NCBI GenBank assembly: GCA_018883245.1
Contig: VEQL01000003.1
Span: 80,478 to 144,477 of the forward strand
DNA from: Chthoniobacterales bacterium
GTDB taxonomy: Bacteria > Verrucomicrobiota > Verrucomicrobiia > Chthoniobacterales > JACTMZ01
Direction: 5' to 3'
Length of the DNA: 64,000 bases
The notes under the pieces are model-generated. The model was not told the DNA's origin and did not search any database. It saw nothing but the letters and a program-made list of their open reading frames with translations. How positions within the stretch are numbered: the stretch's first letter is position 1; the number at the start of each line of letters is the position of its first letter. A program made the position numbers and the translations under genes. Shown here one piece after another: positions 28,270-35,192 of this stretch.

Positions 28270-28300
28270 GATTCGTCACGGTTTTACGCCGATTCGTCAC
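28270..28300 (+). promoter_or_regulatory. Candidate LytTR-type operator: two GATTCGTCAC repeats with 21-bp periodicity
   Basis: CGCCGATTCGTCAC occurs perfectly at 28266-28279 and 28287-28300. The element sits between the RR stop (28255) and the PEP-CTERM gene start (28342). An ATAAAT -10-like hexamer lies at 28320-28325. Confidence 0.5.
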
Positions 28301-28341
28301 ATGTTTTTCGACGACACAAATAAATCGCGCTTCAGTGAAGC

Positions 28342-29049
28342 ATGCGCAAGTTGCCCATTTTCCTCGCCGCTGTAGCCACACTGGCCTTCGTTCCCGTGCA
28401 AGCCGCGATCATTTTCACCGTCAACGGCACCGTGACGACAGCGGCCGCCGGATGGAACCTCAACGACCCGGTGACGTTCACTTGGACATTGGCCGGCAAC
28501 ACGCCCGAAGCATCAGCCGGCGCCACGACCATGACCTGGTCTGAGGAACTGTCCACGCAACCGGTCCTTTTCGCCAATGTGACCGGCACCGGACTGACGG
28601 GGACTTATACCCGGCCCGTCCAATTCCTCGGCAGTCCGTATTCTTTTCTCCAAGTGAATCTCGAGCCAGCGACCCTCATTTACGCAGGAACCGATGCGGA
28701 GTTTATCGGGCTCTACGCGCCGAACAGCTCTCAAGTGTTCAGGGTCTTTGCCAACGTAGGAGCCGCGTTCGGTTATGCCATGCAAAATCCCGCGCCGTCG
28801 CCCGATACCTACTTTCCGAGCTATTTGGGAACATACAGCTCGGTCACGACTTCATCCTATCCCATCCAAAGTTCCGTCAGCACCGCGAGCGGAACGATGG
28901 AGTTTAGCCCGACCTCATTCACCATTTCCCAAGTCACAGAACCCGTTCCCGAACCCGGCACCTGGGTCGCCGCGGCGCTGCTCGCCGGCGGTGCGGCTTT
29001 CGTGCGCTGGCGCAAACGCCGCGACGAAGGGCCGAAAGAAGCAGCCTGA
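28342..29049 (+). CDS. PEP-CTERM sorting-domain secreted protein (hypothetical)
   Basis: Signal peptide MRKLPIFLAAVATLAFVPVQA. C-terminal VPEPGTWVAAALLAGGAAFVRWRKRR. No other recognised domain. Confidence 0.75.
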   Translation: MRKLPIFLAAVATLAFVPVQAAIIFTVNGTVTTAAAGWNLNDPVTFTWTLAGNTPEASAGATTMTWSEELSTQPVLFANVTGTGLTGTYTRPVQFLGSPYSFLQVNLEPATLIYAGTDAEFIGLYAPNSSQVFRVFANVGAAFGYAMQNPAPSPDTYFPSYLGTYSSVTTSSYPIQSSVSTASGTMEFSPTSFTISQVTEPVPEPGTWVAAALLAGGAAFVRWRKRRDEGPKEAA

Positions 29050-29052
29050 ACG

Positions 29053-31341
29053 ATGCGCGCCCGCAACCTGAAAACCCCGCGCAAGTTCAGCGTTGTCATG
29101 GCGCCGCCTTCCGCGATCGCCGGTTTTTTCCTTGCGGCCTTTCTCTTTCTTGCTCCCGCCGCGCAAGCGGCGGACGGGACATGGAGCGGGGGTTCGGGCA
29201 GCTTGTGGAGCGACACTGGCAATTGGAGCGCGTCGCCGGTGCCGGGTTCGGGCAACACGGCGACGTTCAATAGTGCCGGCAACGGCAACACCACCATCGA
29301 TTTGGGCGTGGGTGTGACGATCAGCAACCTTGCGTTTGATACCGCGAATGCCGCGGCTTACACGATCGGTTCGGGTGCGGTCGGTTCACAGACGAACACC
29401 CTCAATAACAGCAACGCTGTCATCGCGGTGGCCGGAACGGTCGCCAATAGCCAAGTCATCAACGCCAACATCGTGCTGGGCACCGCGATCACGGGCACGA
29501 CGCGCATTGCCAATGACGCTTCTGGCGCCAGTGGTGTGGCTCTGAATTTGGCCGGCAACATCACCGGCGGCACGGGAGGAACGGCAGGGACAAAAACCGT
29601 GATTGTTTCCGGGACGGGTGCGGTGAACCTCCAAGGCGCCATAACCAGAGGCGGAGCGAGCAGCCTCAATTTGTTGAATCTCGGAACAGGAACTATGACG
29701 CTCAGCGGCAGTGCCACCAGCGTTCTCAGCACCCTGCGGGCCACGAACTCAAGTGGTCGCATCATCGTGGATGGTCAAACCGTCAACGTGAGCTCTAACT
29801 CACAATTCGGAAATAGCAGCGGCAACGGAGGAAGTTTTGAACTGAGATCGGGAAGCGCAACATTCTCCAATGGCCTCACAGGCACCGGTGCCTACGCTGC
29901 CCAGGAAGTTAAAATCACCGGCGGAACATTCACTGCCAGCACCGTCTCCGCGACCAACATCGTGGTCAACGGCGGAACTTTTTCCAGCGGCATCACGCGA
30001 GGTGCGTTCACGCTCGATGGTTCAGCGGCTGCCGCCTACATCGGCGCCAACATTGCGTCGAACACTCCCCTCGTAAATCTCGTGCAGGGCACGCTCGGCG
30101 CGAAGGTGGCATCCGTTGTCATCAATAACCCCAGTCTCACTTTGTCTGGCGCAGAAGTGACAATTAAGGCTGCCGATGCCGGCGATGTGGCACGCACCAT
30201 AAGCATCTGGAGCCCCGTTTCCGGAGCCTATGGATTTACGAAGACGGGCGGTGGAGCGCTGAAGATCGAGACAGCTGCCACTAATGCGATCGATAGTCCG
30301 GCGACACTCAACACCTACAGCGGCACGACCACGCTGGAAGCCGGGCAGCTGATTCTAAACAAACCCACGGCTTTGGGCACTGGCGCCTTCGTCATTCTCG
30401 GGGGCTCTATTGACTGCACGACCTTCATGTATACGAACGTCACTCTCAGCAACAACAATGCGCAGAGCTGGAACGGTGACTTCGCCTACGTCGGTTCCGT
30501 CACAAATTTGAACCTCGGCGCAGGCGCGGTGACGATGAACGCCAGCCGCACGGTCACCGTGAGTAACAACGAACTCACCGTGGGCGGCGCGATCAGCGGA
30601 TCCGGCTACGGTTTGACAAAGGCGGGCGCGGGCACGCTGAACCTTACCGGCGCGAGCACCTATTCGGGCGCCACGGCGGTGAACGCGGGCACGCTCAAGG
30701 TGAACGGATCGGTGGACAGCAGCGTGACCGTGAACAGCGGCGGCACGCTGGCCGGCAGCGGCTATGTCGGCGGGCTCATCGTCGGTTCGGGTGGCACGAT
30801 CAGTCCGGGCAACTCTCCGGGCACGCTCACGGCCACCAACGCGGTGTGGAATGCCGGCGGCAACTACAACTGGCAGATCTATAACGCCACGGGCGCGGCC
30901 GGTTCGGGTTGGGACTTGCTGACCGTCACCGGAACACTCGACCTGTCCGCACTTTCCGTCGGCAGCGAATTCAACATCAACATATGGTCCTTGTCGCAGG
31001 TCACACCCGACGTGGACGGCGAGGCGATCAACTTCAACCCGGCGCAAAATTACTCTTGGACCATCGCCACCGCGTCGGGCGGTATTACCGGCTACAGCGG
31101 CACCAGCCAGTTTTTGATCAACACCAACGCCACCAAAGGCGCCGCCGGTTTTGCCAACCTGCTTGATGGCGGTAACTTCTCCGTCGTTAAGAGCGGAAGT
31201 AATCTCAACCTTGTCTTCACCTCGGCCAGCGCCGCGGTCCCCGAACCCGGCCCATGGGCGGCGGCAGCGCTGCTCGCCGGCGGCGCAGGCTTCGTGCGCT
31301 GGCGCAAACGCGCGAATGTTTCCCAAGGGCAGGGAACGTAG
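29053..31341 (+). CDS. Autotransporter-associated beta-strand-repeat protein with PEP-CTERM sorting signal
   Basis: 762 aa with a signal peptide. Same repeat type as 23267..25516 (e.g. GTLNLTGASTYSGATAVNAGTLKVNG). A paralogous C-terminal module (GGLIVGSGGTISPGNSPGT...NYNWQI...) is followed by VPEPGPWAAAALLAGGAGFVRWRKR. Confidence 0.8.
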   Translation: MRARNLKTPRKFSVVMAPPSAIAGFFLAAFLFLAPAAQAADGTWSGGSGSLWSDTGNWSASPVPGSGNTATFNSAGNGNTTIDLGVGVTISNLAFDTANAAAYTIGSGAVGSQTNTLNNSNAVIAVAGTVANSQVINANIVLGTAITGTTRIANDASGASGVALNLAGNITGGTGGTAGTKTVIVSGTGAVNLQGAITRGGASSLNLLNLGTGTMTLSGSATSVLSTLRATNSSGRIIVDGQTVNVSSNSQFGNSSGNGGSFELRSGSATFSNGLTGTGAYAAQEVKITGGTFTASTVSATNIVVNGGTFSSGITRGAFTLDGSAAAAYIGANIASNTPLVNLVQGTLGAKVASVVINNPSLTLSGAEVTIKAADAGDVARTISIWSPVSGAYGFTKTGGGALKIETAATNAIDSPATLNTYSGTTTLEAGQLILNKPTALGTGAFVILGGSIDCTTFMYTNVTLSNNNAQSWNGDFAYVGSVTNLNLGAGAVTMNASRTVTVSNNELTVGGAISGSGYGLTKAGAGTLNLTGASTYSGATAVNAGTLKVNGSVDSSVTVNSGGTLAGSGYVGGLIVGSGGTISPGNSPGTLTATNAVWNAGGNYNWQIYNATGAAGSGWDLLTVTGTLDLSALSVGSEFNINIWSLSQVTPDVDGEAINFNPAQNYSWTIATASGGITGYSGTSQFLINTNATKGAAGFANLLDGGNFSVVKSGSNLNLVFTSASAAVPEPGPWAAAALLAGGAGFVRWRKRANVSQGQGT

Positions 31342-31446
31342 AGGGCCGTGGCCCGCGATCGGTTCCGCCTTTCGAATTCGCGGCCAAGCTGTCCACCATT
31401 TGCCATATGGTGACAGCGCGTTAAGGTGCGGGGGATTTTTTGTTCC

Positions 31447-33258
31447 ATGGAAAACGAAGAGCCGAACATTTTTGTAAAGACGGGATCCGCGGTGGCCGAC
31501 TTTTTCACCCGCTGGTGGCGCGAGGCGACGGGCCCGATCGAATGGCATCACGCGCAGACGCCATTCCATGCGGTTTTGCGTCGCGTTCTGCTGTGGGTTC
31601 CGGTGGCGGTTTTGGCGGCTGTGGTTTTCGGCTCGATCGGGTTGCACTTTTTTGTCGGCTGGCGGGCGCGCGATCTGGCACGCAAGGCGGTGGCCAGTGC
31701 GGAGGAGGGGCGGTGGCCGGCGGCGCAGGTGCAGATCGGTTCGGCCCGCAACCTCCGCCCTGAGGATCCGGCCGTGCAATGCGCGCTCGCGGTCATCGAG
31801 ACGAAGATGGGGTTGCCTTCGGCCGCAAAGACGTGGAGTCAATTGCCCGAAGGTTTTCAACTGACCAAGGAGGAACTCGAAGCGCGGGCCTTGGCCATGA
31901 TGCGCAACGGCGACGAACCGCAATATGCCGAGGCTCTGGCTGCGCTGGAGGAGGCCGGGTTCGGGGCCGAGGCTGCGGCCATCCGGGTGGAGAGGAATGT
32001 GTCCCGCGGCAATTTGCAGCAGGGTATCGCCGAAGCGCGTGCGGCTGTGCGGTCCTCTGACACCCCGGCCCACCGACTCACTTTGGCGCGTCTTCTGTTG
32101 GCCCGGCATGGTGTTTTCCTGCAAAGCTCGAACTCGCCCGGGCCCGAAGATCTCGCGGGTGCGAAGGAAATTTCGGACATCGCGGACTCTCTGCTGGGCG
32201 CACCCGAAGGCGAGCAACTCTTGGCTTTGATCTTCGCCAATTTGCGTCTTACGGGGAGCCAACGGCAGCGCTGGTCCGCCGCCGCATGGAAACGTCCCGC
32301 CCCGGACAACCCCGCTTTGCTCCCCGCCGCCACGGCTATGATCGCTGCCGGCGATGCCACAAGGGAGGAAATGACCAACCGGCTCAAAGCCGTGTATGCA
32401 GGGGCCGAGCCTTCACGGAAAACCGCCTTGGCCGCATGGCTGGTCATGCACGGCGGCGATCCCGAGGGTGCCCTGGTTTATCTGCCACCCGCGGAAGCAA
32501 CGCGCCATGCCAACGCGTTCCTCGCGCGCTGCGCAGCGTTGTCCTCGTTGGGCCGATGGGAGGAGTTGCGTGCGCTGGCCGAAGGACCTGGCAGCGTGCC
32601 TCGCAGCTTGATGTCCGCCGTGGCGGCGCAGGCGAACGCCAAACTTGATCGCGGAGCGCAGGCCGAGAAATTTGCGCAGGACGCCGTGCGCACCGCCGCC
32701 CGCGAAGGCACCATCGTCATGACCCTGCGCCTGCTCGACGAATCGGGATTCCGCGAACTGGTCGACAGGGAGGTTGTTGCGCTGTGCGGCGAAACCGGGA
32801 CATCGGAGCTTTTCTTCCGCTTGGCGCGCGAACGCTTCGGCCGCGGGGGGCAACCGGCAAGCCTGCAAGCCGCTTACGAACGTGCCGCCGGAGCTTCCCC
32901 GCACGCCACGGCCGTCCAGAGCCAACAACTTTATGACAGACTGCTCTCCGGGTCTCCTGTCGATCCACAGCAAACCGCCGCCGCGCTGGCCGCGTCGCCC
33001 ACAGATGTGAATCTTCGCCTGACGCACGCCCTCGCTCTGCTCAAAACCGGCCGTGCGGCCGAAGCCCTGGCCGTCTTCGATGAATTCGACGTTTTCGTCG
33101 AACAGTTGCCGCCCGGCCAGCAAGCCATCGCCGCCGCCATTCTCGGTGCCAACGGCCAAGGAAAGGCGGCAGAGCAACTGGCTCGCTCGCTCGACCCCGA
33201 CTATCTTGCCCCCGGTGAGTATGCCCTCATTGCGGAATGGCGGGCGGCCAAAGACTGA
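31447..33258 (+). CDS. Hypothetical N-terminally anchored, Ala-rich helical-repeat (TPR-like) protein
   Basis: ATG at 31447 (the track start at 31426 is GTG). One TM (VLLWVPVAVLAAVVFGSIGLHFFVGW) is followed by about 520 aa of Ala/Leu/Arg-rich helical repeats. No catalytic motif recognised. Confidence 0.5.
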   Translation: MENEEPNIFVKTGSAVADFFTRWWREATGPIEWHHAQTPFHAVLRRVLLWVPVAVLAAVVFGSIGLHFFVGWRARDLARKAVASAEEGRWPAAQVQIGSARNLRPEDPAVQCALAVIETKMGLPSAAKTWSQLPEGFQLTKEELEARALAMMRNGDEPQYAEALAALEEAGFGAEAAAIRVERNVSRGNLQQGIAEARAAVRSSDTPAHRLTLARLLLARHGVFLQSSNSPGPEDLAGAKEISDIADSLLGAPEGEQLLALIFANLRLTGSQRQRWSAAAWKRPAPDNPALLPAATAMIAAGDATREEMTNRLKAVYAGAEPSRKTALAAWLVMHGGDPEGALVYLPPAEATRHANAFLARCAALSSLGRWEELRALAEGPGSVPRSLMSAVAAQANAKLDRGAQAEKFAQDAVRTAAREGTIVMTLRLLDESGFRELVDREVVALCGETGTSELFFRLARERFGRGGQPASLQAAYERAAGASPHATAVQSQQLYDRLLSGSPVDPQQTAAALAASPTDVNLRLTHALALLKTGRAAEALAVFDEFDVFVEQLPPGQQAIAAAILGANGQGKAAEQLARSLDPDYLAPGEYALIAEWRAAKD

Positions 33259-33440
33259 GCGCAGGACCGCACTGCGCGGCAAGATTGTCCCTGTGCTGGG
33301 TAATCGGGCTTTTTCGGTTTCTGCTGCTTCGCCGCAAGCGACTTCGATGACGCGCGGCTTTCCTGTGTCCGGAATTCCATGATCTCGGCGCTGCGGAAAG
33401 AGTTTGACCGCCGAATTACGGTGCTTAGTTTGTGCACCTC

Positions 33441-33761
33441 ATGAGCCTTGGGCGCCGCTTCCGTATCCTTTGGATGGCCGGTCTGTCGCTGTTGGCGGTG
33501 ACTCAACTCACCCATGCGTTCGAGCATTGGGAGATCGCCGCCAATGCGGATTGCGTGTCTCACGCCCATGCCGATGCAGACCATGGCGACGGCGGTTCGC
33601 GCCACGATCACGGCTGCACTTCGCATGACCACGCACCAGCGCTTCCGGGCGGCATCTTTCTGCTCACCGTCACCGAAACGGTCGCCGTCGTGTCGTCGGA
33701 TCATCTCGGAGTGCCTGCGCCGCGATCGTCTTCGATCGATCACCCGCCTCAATTGTCCTGA
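33441..33761 (+). CDS. Small His/Asp/Cys-rich putative periplasmic metal-binding protein (CzcI-like position)
   Basis: ATG at 33441. Signal-like N-terminus (RILWMAGLSLLAVTQLTHA), then HWEIAANADCVSHAHADADHGDGGSRHDHGCTSHDHAP. Located directly upstream of the czcC-like gene. Confidence 0.45.
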   Translation: MSLGRRFRILWMAGLSLLAVTQLTHAFEHWEIAANADCVSHAHADADHGDGGSRHDHGCTSHDHAPALPGGIFLLTVTETVAVVSSDHLGVPAPRSSSIDHPPQLS

Positions 33762-33880
33762 CCTGCGACAGGCGAAGTGTGCCTGTCGCCCCGGCGTGTC
33801 TGCCGGACCCGCGCATCTCTTGCCGGATGCGTTCATGCCGCCGACCGGCGCGGCTCGAGTATCTGCCGGTCATCAGGACC

Positions 33881-35191
33881 ATGAAAACACAATCAACATT
33901 CGGGAAAATTGCGATCGCGCTCTGCGCGGTGGTCGCATCGGAAGGCGCCGCTGCGGAGTTGTCGCTGCAGGATGCGGTCAACACCGCGCTGATGAACAAC
34001 CGCGAACTTGCCGCGGCACGCCATGTGGTGGGGCAGGGGCAGGGGCGCTTGCGCCAGGCGGGCCTGCTGCCCAATCCCGAGGTGGAGTTCAACGGCTACG
34101 GCGATTTTGTTTCCGGCTCCGAAGGCGAGGGGGCTTTCGTCATCGGGCTGCACCAGTGGTTCCCGCTGACGGCGCGGCTCGGCTTGGCGCGGCAGGTGGC
34201 CCGCGTCGATGTGGCCATGGCGCTCCGCGAAGTGCGCAACCGCGAACGTCTGCTGGTCGCCGAGGTGCAGAAAGTTTACGCGCGCGCCCAGGCGGCCCGC
34301 CGTCGTGAGCAATCCTCGGCCCAGGCACGCAACGATTCGTCCGACCTCGTGTCGCTCGCGGGAGAGCGGCTCGCCTCGGGTCAGGGTTCGCTCGCCGAGT
34401 CCGCACTCGCCCGTGTGGACGAGCAGCGCTGGGGAAATGCGGCTGATGTCGCGGCGGCCGAAGCGGAAAAATGCCTCCTCGAAATGAAAACGGCGCTCGG
34501 CCTGGGCGCCGACGCTCCGCTCTCTCTCACCCAGTCGCTGAAGTCGGTGGTCGATGAGTTGCGCGACAAAGCGCGGAGCGGGCGCATTTCCTGCCGTCCC
34601 GACATGGAACTGGCCATGCTGGCCGCGGACAAATCGTCCGCCGAAGTCGCGTTGGCCAAGGCGGGCGCGTGGGAGGGAATTCGTCTCGGCATCGAATACA
34701 TGCAGGATCGAAGCGTGGACCAACCGGGCGGGATTTCCACCGGGGATTTTCTCGGCGTGAAAGTCACGCTTCCTTTGCCGGTGTGGGACCGCAAGGTGGG
34801 CGAAACACAGGAGCGTCAGGCTGCGGCGGAAGCCAAAGCTGCGCAGTTGCGCGCGCTCGAACTCGAGGTGGCCAACGACATCGCTGCCGCGCGCCAACAG
34901 GCGGCTTTGTTCGAGAAGCAGTGGTCGCGATACCGCGGGACAACAGAACCGCTGGTCGAGTCGGGAAGCCGCGAAATTTCGCAGGGATTCAGCGAGGGCC
35001 GCGTCGATGCGCGCGATCTCCTGATGGTCCGGGCGCAGAACGCGAGCCTGCGCGTCGAATCAACAGCCATGCTGGAAAACCTTGCCCTCGCGCTCATCGA
35101 TCTTGAAGCGGCGGCGGGAAGTCATCCGGCCATGTCCGCGCCGTATTTGCAAGAGGCGCCGCTGCACCGCAGGAAGAAAACGAAATCATGA
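33881..35191 (+). CDS. czcC: TolC-family outer-membrane efflux protein (CzcC-like)
   Basis: ATG at 33881 gives a signal peptide. Two OEP repeats (LSLQDAVNTALMNNRELAAAR...). 436 aa. Stop overlaps the following ATG (ATGA). Confidence 0.85.
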   Translation: MKTQSTFGKIAIALCAVVASEGAAAELSLQDAVNTALMNNRELAAARHVVGQGQGRLRQAGLLPNPEVEFNGYGDFVSGSEGEGAFVIGLHQWFPLTARLGLARQVARVDVAMALREVRNRERLLVAEVQKVYARAQAARRREQSSAQARNDSSDLVSLAGERLASGQGSLAESALARVDEQRWGNAADVAAAEAEKCLLEMKTALGLGADAPLSLTQSLKSVVDELRDKARSGRISCRPDMELAMLAADKSSAEVALAKAGAWEGIRLGIEYMQDRSVDQPGGISTGDFLGVKVTLPLPVWDRKVGETQERQAAAEAKAAQLRALELEVANDIAAARQQAALFEKQWSRYRGTTEPLVESGSREISQGFSEGRVDARDLLMVRAQNASLRVESTAMLENLALALIDLEAAAGSHPAMSAPYLQEAPLHRRKKTKS

Positions 35192-35192
35192 A
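35158..35192 (+). repeat. Direct repeat copy 1 (35 bp) covering the czcC 3' end, stop and overlapping ATG
   Basis: gccgctgcaccgcaggaagaaaacgaaatcatgaa is identical to 37614-37648. Checked base by base. Confidence 0.95.

Noticed and set aside
33259-33277. Hairpin GCGCAG-gaccgca-CTGCGC immediately after the stop of 31447..33258, as a possible intrinsic terminator
   Set aside because: The stem is only 6 bp and there is no downstream T-tract (the following sequence is ggcaagattg). It cannot be called a Rho-independent terminator with any confidence.
33420-33438. Inverted repeat GGTGC-N9-GCACC just upstream of the His-rich mini-ORF, as a possible metal-regulator operator
   Set aside because: The arms are only 5 bp, so it is expected by chance in GC-rich DNA. 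It overlaps the probable ribosome-binding and start region, and there is no second copy or cognate regulator in the window.
34335-34342. Isolated GATTCGTC core 8-mers (here inside czcC, and its complement GACGAATC at 63601 inside the S8 gene) as additional LytTR sites
   Set aside because: These are single copies with no partner 21 bp away. They are located inside coding sequence, and their number matches the roughly 2 chance occurrences expected for an 8-mer in 2 x 64 kb.
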